Shown: piece by piece, positions 29,676 through 45,100 of the stretch | Layout of the letters: every line of letters begins with the position of its first letter | Numbering within the stretch: the first letter of the stretch is position 1 | Source: the human T2T-CHM13v2.0 reference genome, Homo sapiens | Direction: 5' to 3' (one strand) | Length of the DNA: 64,000 nucleotides | Assembly (NCBI RefSeq): GCF_009914755.1 | Contig: NC_060926.1 | The notes under the pieces: model-generated | Seen by the model: the letters and a program-made list of their open reading frames with translations, nothing else | Databases searched by the model: none | What the model was told of the DNA's origin: nothing | Program-made: the position numbers and the translations under genes

Positions 29676-31629
29676 GAACATGCCTGTTTCCATTTAAATT
29701 TGCTTTTTGGATGAAATCGTTTACATAAGTAGGACCATAGGTTAAGTGTGTCCATGTTGAATGATTTGGCAAATGAATCTGGCCTGACAAGCATTTTTGA
29801 TATCAGAGGGCCTGAACAGCATCATTTTCAGGGGTCAGGCCCTACTGGGTCTGGCTCAGAGTTCTCTGCCAGTTTTGAGGGTGTGGCGCGGAGAGTCTGA
29901 TGTTTGCTTTAATGAATGTGCGAAGTCTCTTAAACAGATTGTCTGCCTAGAAAAACATTTCAGATGCTTCTCAGTCCTGAACTTCGGCTTCAGCCATGAC
30001 CAAAGAAATATTAGGCTAGTTTAAAACCTTTTCCAATCATTCCATAAAAATTGTGGTTTCCCTCCTCTATCAAATCAGCTAATCTCATTTAACTGTGACC
30101 ACTGCTTAAATGCAATTAAATTAGAGTCAGAAAATTGTGTCTTTCCTTGACCAGAACCTAAAATAAGGTGCACATACCAATGAACGTAGCTCACAGAAGG
30201 CTAAGGTCTAAGTTTACAAGCTCCACAAGGACAGGGGCTTTGTTCATCTTGTTCCCTGTTATATCCCCAGCCCCTGTAACAGGGTCTTCATTACTGCCTA
30301 GAGTAAGAGTTCATAAAGGAAGTTGGGTGAATTTTTTCATCTCTGATGTGGATGCTTGGCAACTAGTGGACTTTTCATTAAATATTTGGGTAAATAAATG
30401 CTGACCCCTGGAATTCCATCCTCTGATATTCATGAGTCTAGATTGAGACATTGATGATTGTTAAGATGCAGAGGTGACTCACAGAGTCAGTTGGTCTTCA
30501 TGTCTTCATGAATAAAGGACCTGAGATGGGGAGGCAAGAGAGATTGTGCTGAGGGCCTGGCTACTGAGGGAGGTGAGAGTAAATGGATGCAATGGTGGGG
30601 CAGGTTGGATGCAGATAAAACTTTTTCCCGTTTACTTCTAAACGTCAGTCAGCCATCAACCAGCCCCTCCTGGCTCTCTCCCACTGGCTGTCCCAGGTTG
30701 TTCAGGTTACTCCTCAGCTGCTGGGAGACAGCTCCTTCAGAATCTCAGGCTACTCTCTTTCTGATTCAACAATGAAGGCCCAAGGTGAGTATTTCCTTGG
30801 ATTCAGCCTTTTGTCACAGCTCCAATGAATCCTACATATAGCATTTTTCTTAAATATGTATTTTATATGACTATAAAAGCAATACTCATTTGAAGAGAAT
30901 TGAGGCTATGTATAAGGTATAAATAGGCAGAATAAAATTATTCATTAACATTTAGTTACGGTTTGTTCCGGTTATTTTTTGTGCTTAGGGTTTTTTCTTT
31001 TGTGCTATTGAGATCATATTGTATGAACAATAATATATTTTGATTTTTTACCTAGTATGATTAATATAGGAATTTTTCTCATATCATTAAATGACATTCA
31101 TTGCAAATGCTATTCCAAAAGTCACAAACTTTTGTACTTTGCAAGTGCACTGTAATTTACTTAGACTTTCTTCCATTGCTTGACGGTAATTGATACATAG
31201 CAGAATGAAGAGTTTCTCTGGGCATGGAGAGTACAGTATTAGGTCATGTTTGGAACTGCCCAAGCAAGGCTTCTATTCTCCTGGGGAGAGGTAGTTTTCT
31301 AGATCCGATCTGTGTTAACTAGTCATTTGATTAAGGTAGATGCTTCACTAAGTACAGATACAGTAAGATGTATACAGGGAAATACGAATATCCCTATTTT
31401 GTTTCTTCTGACTTACATTTTCGAAATGATACAAATAACACTCAGACTAATGGGTTACTAAAGGGAAACAAGTCACAAACACTAATGCCGTTTTTTAACC
31501 TTTAAGCCTTAGTTCAAAACAACATAATTGTACATTTCAATCTTAATTTGAGTGACTCATGGGTTTGATTTGATAAAATTAAATTAAATTGACTAAGCTG
31601 CCGTCAGTGCTAGCCACCATTCCAAAGGC

Positions 31630-32312
31630 TCTGGAAGAATATAAAATAGTGCAGCCACTTTGAAAAACAGTATGGCAGTTCCTCAAAAAAGTAAAAATAG
31701 GATTACCATATGATCCAGCAGTTCCACTTATTGGTCTATACCCCAAAGAATTAAAAACAGGGACTCGAACAGATATTGTACACTGATGTTCTGAACAGCA
31801 TTGTTTGTAATAGCCAAAAGGTGGAAGCAACCCAAGAGTGCACTGACAAATGAATGGATATATCCATAAAACCTCAAAATAATTTTTTAAGAAAAGAAAT
31901 GAATAGATAAACAAAATGTGATACATACATATTAAATGGAATATTACCCAGCCTTAAAAAGGAAGACAATTCTGACACACGCTACAACATGAATGAATCT
32001 TGAGGACATGCTTAATGAGACAAACTAGTCACAAAATACAAATACTTTATATTTCACTTAGATGAGACGTTTAGAATAGTCAAATATGTAGAGATGTAAA
32101 ATAGAATGGCAGATGGCAGGGAAAGGGGAAGAGGGAGATGGGAAGCTGTTTAATGGGTATAGAGTTTCAGTTTTGCAAGATCAAAATAATTCTGGAGAAG
32201 GATTGCAGTGATGGTTGCATAATATGAATGTACTTAATACTGCTCAACTGTATATGCAAAAATGGTTAAGATGGTAAATTTTATGATGTGTATACTTTTA
32301 CCATAATTTTTA
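31630..32312 (+). mobile_element. L1MB 3' end
   Basis: TTACCATATGATCCAGCA...; AATGGGTATAGAGTTTCAGTTTTGCAAGAT; AAAATGGTTAAGATGGTAAATTTTATG. Confidence 0.85.
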
Positions 32313-32611
32313 TGAAATAGGCTCTGGAAAAACTAAGTAATGTAAAAATACATTATCTTAGTGACCTCTTAGGGATGTGTGAGTAGTTAGGTTGAGGGAG
32401 GTTAGGGGAAAATAGGTTGGTTCATAAATTATAACACAGAGAATAAGTGAAATGGGCGTAAACTCTACAGAAGATACTTAAAGAAGTTAAGTAAGAGAGA
32501 GGCACATGTGAGTAAGTGGGGACTGCGGGTCAGGGATGGTCTCATGAAGGAAGTGGCTAGAGCTTCCACAGAGGGATGTGGGGGATGGACAGGAGAGTCA
32601 GCACAGGGGGA

Positions 32612-32916
32612 TGTGATGGTTAATATTGAGTGTCAACCTGACTGGATTGAAGGATGCAAAGTATTGTTCCTGGGTGTGTCTGTGAGGGTGTTGCCAAAGG
32701 AGATTAACATTTGAGTCAGTGGACTGAGAGAGGCAGACCCACCCTCATTCTGGGTGGGTACCATCTAATTAGCTGCCAGCGTGGCTAGAATAAAGCAAGC
32801 AGGAGAAGATGAAAGAGCAGACTAGCTAAGCTGAGTCAATTCTCCTTAATAAACTCCCTTTCATATATACATATATCCGATTAGTTCTGGCCCTCTAGAG
32901 AACCCTGACTAATACA
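32612..32916 (+). mobile_element. MLT2A (HERV-L) solo LTR with internal deletion
   Basis: TGTGATGGTTAATATTGAGTGTCAAC start and GAACCCTGACTAATACA end; 5-bp TSD GGGGA; only ~305 bp long. Confidence 0.88.
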
Positions 32917-33025
32917 GGGGAAGAGAGGAAACTGGGAGGAAAAGACGTGGAATGAGCTTAGGGGAAGTTTGGGGTATTAAGGAAACAAAGTGTTGTGGAA
33001 TAAACAGCTCAAGATCCTCTCTTCA

Positions 33026-33330
33026 GTTTATGTGAATGAATGCATGTGTTTGTGTCTGCCCATGAAATACTACCCATCTAAAAGAAGAATTAGATTGTCC
33101 TTTACAAGTAGCAACCTGACACTGAATACAGTGGTAAGGCAAGTTATATGGACTTGTGATTTGGTCTCATGGCTATATGAGTCTCATTGAATATGCTTGA
33201 GCATCTTCTTCACCAATAGTCTTGTTATATTTTCTTCAAATTTAGGAATTACATCCTTTTTTTTTTTTTGAGACGGAGTCTCACTCTGTCACCCAGGCTG
33301 GAGTGCAGCAGTGCAATCTTGGCACACTGC
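33026..33330 (+). repeat. 305-bp duplicate of 34519-34823, including a truncated Alu 3' end
   Basis: Manual base-by-base comparison shows identity, including the T13 tract. Confidence 0.93.
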
Positions 33331-34712
33331 TGGGCCAGCAAGTTTTCATACTAATGATTTGATGTAAGACTGAGAGTGTCCTAGTCATACATCTGTCAGT
33401 CTAGGAAGAGGCAGAGCGGGAGGTTTGGAAGCATTTAGTTCAAAGTGAAAGCAGGTTTGTTTTGTTGGAGATTCAGTAGATCTGGAAATGAAATCTCACA
33501 AATTGTTTGTCAAATTGGATTTGTGGGAACAGATTGAATTAAATATTATTCAATTGAATATATAACTTAGAGGAACATGATATATGTGCGATACATTAGT
33601 GCTATTTTCAAAGGTTACTTAAGTATTAAAAAAAAAACTTTAACCAACATAATAACTACTGGGTGACTAAGACTCTGTTAGAAGAGAGGTGAAAGGGCAA
33701 GAGAGGAAAATTGAAGCCAAATTGATCAGAGTTCCTGAGTCAATGGAAATAATAGTTCAGCGGGGGAGAGACATTGCATGGTTAGTGTAAGGTAGTATGG
33801 GATGGAGCTTGACCATGCTGGGTGGGACTGAAGATCAAGCCAGCCTTGGGACACCAGGATAGAATTTGATGTCAAGGAGATAGAGGGAACTCGAACAATC
33901 TTGCCTCTCAGCCTAGCAGCTTGGGTAGTGAATCCTTCGGGGTCTGGATGAGATAATAGATTGGAGTAGCTTGGGCTACTTAAATATTCAATCTAAGAGG
34001 AGCAGAAGAAAAGATTAAAGATCCTACGGGGAAGGAGTTTCCAAGCTGCAGGTTGTTACCACCATTCGTTACAAACATAAAGTAGGCCAGAATGGCACGT
34101 AATTGAGCAAGAAATACTAGCGTGATATTAAAGAGAGTAAAGAGAACTATAATTTCATAAAACTGTGGTTTCAGTTTTGAGGGCAGAGTCATAGTATGGA
34201 GCATATTTATTACTGTGAGTCTCAGTGACCAGTGTTTGGGAACAGTGCGGTAGGTGTCTGCAGGAAGCAGAGAAAGCAAATTAAGAAGACAGTTGAATAT
34301 GTTACCTTACATGGACAATGAACAATATCATAATAGAGTGTTCTTTAATAATAAAGCTTTGATTAAACTTGTTTCAATGTTACTCGAAAGTTTAAGATTA
34401 TATATATATACACATATATATGTATATATGAACAAAGAGTTAAAACAAAAATAACAAAACATAACACTGCTTATGGATACATACTAGACATGGAAGAAAG
34501 AAGCTATAATGTCCATGTGTTTATGTGAATGAATGCATGTGTTTGTGTCTGCCCATGAAATACTACCCATCTAAAAGAAGAATTAGATTGTCCTTTACAA
34601 GTAGCAACCTGACACTGAATACAGTGGTAAGGCAAGTTATATGGACTTGTGATTTGGTCTCATGGCTATATGAGTCTCATTGAATATGCTTGAGCATCTT
34701 CTTCACCAATAG

Positions 34713-35044
<332 letters not shown>

Positions 35045-35264
35045 CACGGAATTACATACTTTTTAGGAAAAAAAAATTTCTACATTTCAGAGAAGTTAAT
35101 TTCAGATCCATGACTGTGACTGCAAGGATTACAAAGGCCATTTCTCCTCTCATTAGAGAAAAAAACAAAACAAAAACAACTTAAAATATAGAAGAGAGTT
35201 GCTACCAATAATATTAGAGGTTTTGTTATAAGATCAAAGCGAGGTGATCTAACAATCAAAAAGT

Positions 35265-35554
35265 TAAAAGATAGCAAGTGTTAGCAAGGATGTGGAGAAA
35301 AGGGAACCCTTATACAGTGCTGGTGGGAATGTATATTAGTACAGCCATTTTAGAAAACAGTATGAAAGTTCCCAAAAAATTAAAAATAAAACAACTATAT
35401 GATCCAGCAACCCCACTTCTGGGTATATATCTTGAGAAAGTAAAATCACTCTCTAGAAGAGATATTTGCACTTCTATGTTCACTGCAGCATTATTCACAA
35501 TAGCCAAGATATAGAAAAAAATGTTATGTGACAGATGAATGGATAACAAATGTG

Positions 35555-35588
<34 letters not shown>

Positions 35589-36090
35589 ATATCAATGGAA
35601 TATTATTCAGCTTTACAAAAGAAGGGACAGAAATTCTGCCATTTGTGACAACGTGTGTGAACCTGGGAAACGGTTATGGCATGTGAAATAAGTCAGACAC
35701 AGAAAGATAAATACTACCTGATCTCACATGTGGAATCTAAAAAACAAAACAAAAAGTTGAATTCACAGTAACATAGAGTAGAATGGTGGTTACCAGGGGC
35801 AGGGGAGTGGGGAGAAAGCAGAGATATTGGTCAAAGAGTGCAAAATTTCAATTATGAGTAAATTCTAGAGAACTGATGGTGACCAGAGCGAATAATAATG
35901 TATTGTATACTTGAATTTGTCAAGAGAATTAGCTGAGAGCAGATCTTAAATGTTGTCAGTACGCACACTAACATGGCACCGATGTGAGTCATGCTAATTA
36001 GCTTTCACAATGTATACGTACATATCAAAACATCATAGTATACACTTTAAAATATATAATTTTTATTTGTCAACATACCTCAATTAAAAA
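35265..36090 (+). mobile_element. L1MA 3' end containing (TG)n at 35557-35586
   Basis: ORF2 C-terminal LYDPATPLLGIY / FTAALFTIAK; L1MA-type 3'UTR. Confidence 0.85.
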
Positions 36091-37975
36091 GAATTAGTTT
36101 CTAAATGAAGATGGCAATATCTAGAAAGGAGTTTTGGCAATTAGCAAAATGATACTGATTGTTTTGGAGTCCTGTCTTATGAGTGAATTTCATAAGCCTG
36201 TTATCCTAATTTCCAATAATTTCCAACGCTGGCTTAAAAAAATACTTCATGTGTTTGAGCATGTGCACCACCAGCTGGGTGGAATTCCTTTTACAAAGGC
36301 CCAGCTGAATGGATTGGAGAGGACTCTTTATTTATCTATGATTTCAGCTCCACCTGTTTACCATTTTCTTGTTAAAAGGAATTAGTGACTATTGGGTATA
36401 TGGCTATGAAGCAATTGAACAAATCTCCACTGCAACTATAATACAAATCCATCTTCAATCCCAGAGTAAATTGTTCTCATCTTGGGAGGGGAAAAAGGTA
36501 TTTTCTCAGCTAAAAACAAAAATTAACAAATATTTTGCAAAAGGTGAACTCTGGGGTCCCAACCAAATCCTGAACAAATTAGAGTGAAACAGAAACAGCT
36601 GTTGAGTAAAATGCACATCCTTAGCGTAGGTTGTGGACTGTCAAGCCAGATTGCTCTGAGTTGGCCCATCCCAGCTTTACCATTTCTCAGCATCTTGGCA
36701 AACAAGTGGAAAATGTGGAAAGTGGAGAACATGTTGCAGAAAAACAGCAGAATCTCCAAGTTTGCTTTGGGACCTAAGGGATCTCAAGGTCCTAATTTCT
36801 GGTTTTCCCCTGGGAAGTTGCCATGCAAATGAAGAAGATTTGCTTTTGTGACAGGAGAAAGCATGAAGCTGTAAACCCACAAAGCTTCTCAAGCCAAAGA
36901 GTGAGCTCCCAAAACAGGATTTGGTTCAGTAATCCTGTGACCTCACCTGGGAAGTTTAAACTTTGCACAACACTGGATTTAAAAAAAAAAAAAATCTTTA
37001 TTTTATCCAATCACTTTTAAGTCATGAGATATGGGATAACGAAGAGAGATTGAAATACAAGCTTGGCCATTTCTTAAGTTCCAAATTTGCTTCCACCCCA
37101 CCTAAAAATGTTGTGTTTCAGTTCAAGAAATGTGTCAAATGGTTCTGAACATCCTACAACATTTTAAAAACGCTAAGAAGTTGTAAAGTAATTCAGTGCT
37201 TGTTTCTCTCTTTCAAATTTATGCTCAATTATATTTCTTGTTAAATATGTTAGAATGTGCCGGGGGCCCACATAAAAAGCACACCTCTCTTCCACCAAGT
37301 TCTGAACCAATCAAAAACAAGAACAAAAAAAGTGAAAATGTCAAGGCCAGAATATAACCTTTATAATCGATAAAGCAAGTATAGTTCAATGTGGCTTATT
37401 TCTTGGGACATGTGGGCTTTTTAACACTAGACTAAAATTAGGAAAACTTGTGAAGCCCCCTCATCAGGTGGTACCAGCCAGTACCACAGGCTTTCCTCAG
37501 GGGGTGGCTATTATTTTTTGCTATGTGGCCAAGAACAATCAAGAAGATATGCTCTCCATGGAATATAAATCTCCCTCCACTACATATAGTGTAATTTATC
37601 TCTTTATATATAGCTAAGTTTCTATTTGTAATGCATACAAAGCATCAGAACAGATGAGAAAGAAATAAAAAGATAAAGTGTCTCTCCCATTTCTCCCCAC
37701 TCTCTTTTCATTGCACACTCCAGAGGCAAACGCTTTTAAACGACTTCTATTTTTACTTTCTTTGGTTGTTATTATAATTTTAAATGACGTACTTCTATTT
37801 CCACTTCTAAAATTACCAACTTTAAACAATATTTATTGATTCTCTTTCATAAAAGATGAGGAGCTTAGCACACTTAACTAGCTCCTGCCTTGTCTTCCCC
37901 CTTATCTTCTAATGTTTATCAACAATTTTGTTTTTATTTCTTCTGTGAGAGGGAAGCTAGTTAAAAGTAGGCTCC

Positions 37976-38266
<291 letters not shown>

Positions 38267-38269
38267 GTA

Positions 38270-38696
<427 letters not shown>

Positions 38697-38709
38697 TTAT
38701 CCTGTAAAG

Positions 38710-39042
38710 CAGGGGTCCTCAAACCCTGGGCCACGGACCGGTACTGGTCCATGGCCTGTTAAGAACAGGCCACACAGCAGAAGGTGATTGGCAGGCTAGG
38801 GAACATTATCCCCTGATCCCCTCCTCCTGTCAGATTAGCAGAGGCATTCAAGTCTCATAGGAGCACGACCCTATTGTGAACTGCACATGTGAGGCATCTA
38901 GTTTGTACACTCCTTATGAGGATCTAATGCCTGATGATCTGAGGTAGAACAGTTTCATCCCAAATCCATCTCCCCCAACATCTGTGGAAAAATTGTCTCC
39001 CACGATATTGGTCCCTGGGGCCAAAAAGGTTGGGGACCACTG
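38710..39042 (+). mobile_element. MER1B (hAT-Charlie non-autonomous transposon)
   Basis: Ends CAGGGGTCCTCAAACC / GGTTGGGGACCACTG; diverged 8-bp TSD CTGTAAAG/CTCTAAAA. Confidence 0.88.
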
Positions 39043-39189
39043 CTCTAAAAAATACTCTCCCAAGTGTCACTGTCAATGTCAAATACATTCCCTTAATTTC
39101 CTCTAGGTTTCCTTATTATTATTATTATTATCTTTTATCATATTCATTTCTTATATCTCTTGGATTGGGAAGCAATACAGTGCTGCTGT

Positions 39190-39350
39190 TCAGCTTGCAG
39201 ACTGTGTGTGTGTCACATTTTGCAAGTTGCTTAGACTCTCTGTGCCTTACTTTTCTCATCATTAGATAAGGATAACAATAGCTCTTCCTCACATTATTAT
39301 TATGAGCAAGAAGTAAAATAATACACACATAGCACATAGAAAAGTGTCCA
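39190..39350 (+). mobile_element. MIR fragment
   Basis: GCAAGTTGCTTAGACTCTCTGTGCCTTACTTTTCTCATC. Confidence 0.6.
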
Positions 39351-39754
39351 GTACACCATATTATTTTGCTTGCTTTTTTTTCCTTTTTTAATTTTGCTAG
39401 AGTAGATTCATTTTGCTATTCACACAGAATGTCAGGGCACTAAATGTTCTGTGTTTGTATGTACAAAGTAAATTTTTATGTTTCTCTTTTCCTATCATAA
39501 TTGAATGTTTACAAGATTCTGAATTCAAAGATGAAATGTGGAGTTCTCTTTCCCATAATTATAGAGTAGCTTGTTGCATACCAAGGCTCCAACCAGGAAC
39601 ATCTAGAGAAGGCAGAAAAATATCCATGTAGGTACTGGAGAGCTACTAAGGCAACCAGGACTAGAAGGTCCCAGAATCTAGAAAGAAGGTAAATAAGTAC
39701 ACTGAGATGAACTGAAAATTTTGATTTTTTTTTTTACTCAAGATATTTTCTGTT

Positions 39755-41048
39755 CTTTTTTGTTGAGATTTTGGCTTTCTTATAAATTCTGGATATTTTT
39801 CCCCTGTCCAATGCATAGTTTGCAAATATTTTCTCCCATTCTGTACGTTGTCTTTTCTTTTGCTGTTTAGAATCTTTTTTGTTTAATTAAGTCCCATTTG
39901 TATATTTTTGTTTTTGTTGCTTGAGCTTTTGGGGCCTTGGTCATGAATTCTTTGCCTAAACCAATGTACAGAAGAGTCTTCCCTAGGTTTTCTTCTAGTA
40001 TTTTTTATAGTTTTGGGTCTTACATTTAAGTTTTTAACCCATCTTTCGTTGATTTTTATATATGATGAGAGATGGGGTCCAGTTTTATTATTTTATGTAC
40101 ATATGGCAATCCAACTTCCCAAACACCATTTATTTAAAAGGATGTCCTTTCCCCAGTGTAACCTTACTAAAAAGGGGGCGAAGGATATGAATAGACATTT
40201 TTCAAAAGAAGACATACAGATGGCCAACAAGCATGAAAATTGCTCAACATCAGTAATCATCAGAGAAATGCAAATTAAAACCACAATGAGATATTATCCT
40301 ACACCAGCCAGAATGGCTATTATTAAAAAGACAAAAAAATAAAAAAACAGATGTTGGCAAAGATGCAGAGAAAAGGGAATGCTTATACGCTGTTGGTGGG
40401 AATGTAAATTAGTACAGCCTCTATGAAGAAACAGTATGGAGATTTCTTAAATAACTAAAAATAAAACAGCCATTCAATTCAGCAGTCCCACTACTGGGTA
40501 TCTACCTAAAAGAAAATAAATCATCATATAAAAAGATACCTGCATTTTTATGTTTATTGCAGCACTATTCACAATTGAAAAGATAAGGAATCAACCTCAG
40601 TGTCCATCAATAGATGATTGGGTAAAGAAAATGTGAGATACACACATACACACATACATGCACACACACATGCACACACACACACAATAGAATAATATTC
40701 AACCATGAAAAAGAATGAAATCATGCCTTCTGTAGTAACATGGATGGAACTGGAAGCCATTATCTTAAGTAAAAACTCAGACAGAGAAAAACAAATATTG
40801 TATGTTCTCTTTCATCAGTGGGCACTAAATAATGTGCATACAGGGACATAAAGTATGGAATGATAGACACTGGAGACACAGAAGGATTGGGGGATGGGAG
40901 AGGGTGGATGATGAGAAATTACTTAATAAGTACAATGTATACTATTCAGGTGATAGGTACACTAAAAGCCCAGACTTCATCTTCATACTATGCAAAATAG
41001 TCATGTAACCAAATCGCACTTGTACCCCTTAAATTTATACAAAAAAAA
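39755..41048 (+). mobile_element. 5'-inverted (twin-primed) L1MA1/2-like element: 39755-40160 antisense, 40161-41048 sense
   Basis: Junction CCCCAGTGTA|ACCTTACTAAAAAGGGGGCGAAGG; the two arms are adjacent ORF2 segments; 3'UTR CTAAAAGCCCAGACTTC...TTGTACCCCTTAAAT. Confidence 0.85.
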
Positions 41049-41049
41049 T

Positions 41050-42158
41050 GGTATTTGTTGTTCTTGGCATGGGTGAAGAGCCTAAAAAGTTGAGCAGAAA
41101 GCAGCAGCTAATTGAGCAGAGCATTTTGGAATCTCATGGGACCAGAGGAGAAAAAAGTTGGATTCATGCTCTACCAAAGAGACAAAGGCCTGGTAAAGCC
41201 CCTTCTTCCAGTTAGAACCCTCAAGGCATACATACCAGAAGCAAAGGCAAACTCAAAATAGATCGGCCCTCATAAAAACTGGAATTGAGCTTTGAAGCAG
41301 TTCAACCCCAGGCTGGATTATAATAATCTGTACCTATTCTAAATGCCTGCCAGCAAGCAAATCTACTTCCTCTTTGGAGGAAGATAAATCAAATTTTGAA
41401 TGATCTTTACATATTTTTCATTCATAATGTCTAATGTTAAATAAAAAGTCATGAAGTATGTCACAAAACAGGACCAAATGACCCAAACCGAGAGAAAATA
41501 CAGACAATAGAATCCAATCAAGTGGTCCATTTATTATTTGACATCTACTTTAAAATGACAGTGATTACTATAATCAAAATAATACATGTCAAGAGTAAGA
41601 ACTTCACTGGGGGAACTAGGATATACACAATCACCTGATGAAAATGGAAAACCATGAATTTAATATACAGATTTAGTATCAGATTAACCAGATCAGAAGG
41701 GAGGATAAGTAAGAAAGATAAGTTACTATCAAATATCCACACTCTGCACACAGAGAAGAAAAAGATGTAAGCTACATAAAACTGCATAAAAGCCACTTGG
41801 GTCATGGTGAAAACATCTGACATATTGTACAATGAAGTCCCAGAAGAGGCAAAGAAATTATGGAGGAAACAACATTTGAAGAGATAATGGTCAAGAATTG
41901 TCCCAAACTCATGGAAGCCATCAAGATGCATAATTCAAGAATAATTGCAAACCCTAAACAGATAAATAAGCTAACAAACACACAAAAATGCAGGCACAGA
42001 ATAGTAAAACTACTGAAAACAGAAGACAGAAGGACATCTTAAAGGCAGCCCAAAAAAATACATTTTACCTTCAAATGAGCAACAGTAATACAGTAAGGAA
42101 AACTGCTAACTTATCAAAAAGAGTAATACAAACTTGAAAACAATGAATTGAAATTTTA
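41050..42158 (+). mobile_element. Old L1M 5'/ORF1 remnant, resuming at 45830-45960
   Basis: Translation FEEIMVKNCPKLM...RHRIVKLLKT; downstream AACCTAGAATTCTATATCCAG. Confidence 0.7.
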
Positions 42159-45100
42159 ACGGATTCACAGCTGAATTCTACCAAAGGTACAAAGAGGAGC
42201 TGGTACCACTCCTTCTGAAATGATCTAAACAATGGAAAAAGCAGGAATCCTCCCTAACTCATTTTATGAGGCCAGCATCATCCTGATACCAAAATCTGGC
42301 AGAGACACAACAAAAAAAGAAAATTTTAAGCCAATATCCCTGATGAACATCGATGCAAAAATCTTCAATAAAATACTGGCAAACCAAATCCAGCAGCACA
42401 TAAAAAGCTTATCCACCACGATCAAGTCGGCTTCATACCTGGGATGCAAGGCTGGTTCAACATACGCAAATCAATAAACATAACCCATCACATAAACAGA
42501 ACCAATGACAAAAACCACGCGATTATTTCAGTAGTTGCAGAAAAGGCCTTTGACAAAATTCAACAGCCCTTCATGCTAAAAACTCTCAATAAACTAGGTA
42601 TTAATGGAACATACCTCAAAATAATAAGAGCTATTTATGACAAACCCACAGCCAATATCATACTGAATGGGCAAAAGCTGGAATCATTGCCTTTGAAAAC
42701 CGGCACAAGACAAGGATGTCGTCTCTCACCACTCCTATTCCACATAGTATTGGAAGCTCTGGCCAGGGCAATCAGGCAAGAAAAAGAAATAAAGGTATTC
42801 GAATAGGAAGAGAGGAAGTCAAATTGTGTCTGTTTGCAGATGACATGATTGTATATTTAGAAAACCCCATCATCTCAGCCCAAAATCTCCTTAAGCTGAT
42901 AAGCAACTTCAGCAAAGTCTCAGGATACAAAATAAATGTGCAAAAATCACAAGTGTTCCTATACACCAATAACAGAGAGCCGAATCATGAGTGAACTCCC
43001 ATTCACAATTGCTACAAAGAGAATTAAATACCTAGGAATACAACTTACAAGGGATGTAAAGGACCTCTTCAAGGATAACTACAAACCACTGCTCAAAGAA
43101 ATCAGAGAGGACACAAACAAATGGGAAAACATTCCATGCTCATGGGTAGGAATAATCAATGTCGTGAAAATGGCTGTACTGCTCAAAGTAATTTATACAT
43201 TCAATGCTATCCCCATCAAGCTACCATTGACTTTCTTGACAGAATTAGAAAAAAACTACTTTAAATTTCATATGGAGCCAAAAAAGAGCCCACATAGCCA
43301 AGATAATCCTAGGCAAAAAGAACAAAGCTGGAGGCATCACGCTACCTGACTTCAGACCATACTACAAGGCTACAGTAACCAAAACAGCATGGTACTGGTA
43401 CCAAAACATGTATATAGACCAATGGAACAGAACAGAGGCCTCAGAATTAACACCACACATCTACAACTATCTGATCTTTGACAAACCTGACAAAAACAAG
43501 CAATGGGGAAAGGATTCCCTATTTAATAAATGGTGTTGAGAAAACTGGCTAGCTATATACAGAAAGCTGAAACTGAATCCCTTCCTACGCCTTATACAAA
43601 AATTAAGATAGATTAAAGACTGAAACTTAAGACCTAAAACCATAAAACTCCTAGAAGAAAATTTAGGCAATACCATTCAGGACATAGGCATGGGCAAAGA
43701 CTTTATGACTAAAACACCAAAGGCAATGGCAACAAAAGCCAAAATAGACAAATGGGATCTAATTAAGCTACAGACCTTCTGCATAGCAAAAGAAACTATC
43801 ATCAGAGTGAATAGGCAATCTACAGAATAGGAAAAAATTTTGAACTCTATCCATCTGACAAAGGGCTAATATCCAGAATCTACAAAGAACTTGAACAAAT
43901 TTACAAGAGAAAAACAACCCCATCAAAAAGTGGGTGAAGGATACGAACAGACACTTCCCAAAAGAAGACATTTATGCAGCCAACAAACATATGAAAAAAT
44001 GCTCATCATCACTGGTCATTAGAGAAATGCAAATCAAAACCACAATGAGACACCATCTCATGCCAGTTAGAATGGTGATCACTAAAAAGTCAGGAAACAA
44101 CAGATGCTGGAGAGGATGTGGAGTAATAGGAATGCTTTTACATTGTTGGTGGGAGTGTAAATTGTTGTGGGAAGTCAGGGACCCCAAACGGACCGGCTGA
44201 AGCCATGGCAGAAAAACGTGGATTGTGAAGATTTCATGGACATTTATTAGTTCCCCAGATTAATGCTTTTATAATTTCTTATGCCTGTGTTTACTACAAT
44301 CTCTAAACATAAATTGTGAAGATTTCATGAACACTTATCACTTCCCCAATCAATACCCTTGTGATTTCCTATGCCTGCCTTTACTTTAATCTCTTAATCC
44401 TGTCAGTTGAGGAAGATGTATGTTACCTCAGGACCATGTGATAATTGCATTAACTGCACAAATTATAGAGCATGTGTTTTTGAACAATATGAAATCTGGG
44501 CACCTTAAAAAAAAACAGGATAACAACAATTTTTCAGGAAATAAGAGAGATAACCTTAAACTCTGACCACCGGTGAGCTGGGCGAAACAGAGCCATATTT
44601 CTCTTCTTTCAAAAACAAATGGGAGAAATATCGCTAAATTCTTTTTCTCAACAAGAAACATCCCTGGGAAAGAGAATACGTGCCTAGGGGTATAGGCCTA
44701 TAGACGGCCCCCTGGGCATGCCCGTCTTTTATGGTCTGTAGACTGTAGGGGTGAAATAGACCCCAGTCTCCCATAGCACTCCCAGGCTTATTAGGAAGAG
44801 GAAATTCCCGCCTAATAAATTTTGGTCAGACCAGTTGCTCTTAAAACCCTGTCTCCTGATAAGATGTTATCAATGACAGTGGTGCCCAAAACTTCATTAG
44901 CAATTTTAATTTCACCCTGGTCCTGTGGTCCTGTGATCTCGCCCTGCCTCCATTTGCCTTGTGATATTCTATTACCTTGTGAAGTACTTAATGTCTGTGA
45001 CCCACACCTATTCGCACACTCCCTCCCCTTTTGAAAATCCCTAATAAAAACTTGCTGCTTTTTGCAGCTTGTGGGGCATCACGGAACCTACCGACGTGTG

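Noticed and set aside
30772-30784. MKAQ start as MED1 or HHLA2 first coding exon
   Set aside because: Four residues are not diagnostic; there is no CpG island and no matching downstream exon in the window.
44220-44400. Direct repeats ATTGTGAAGATTTCATG as another templated insertion
   Set aside because: Internal tandem repeats are an intrinsic feature of MER11 LTRs.
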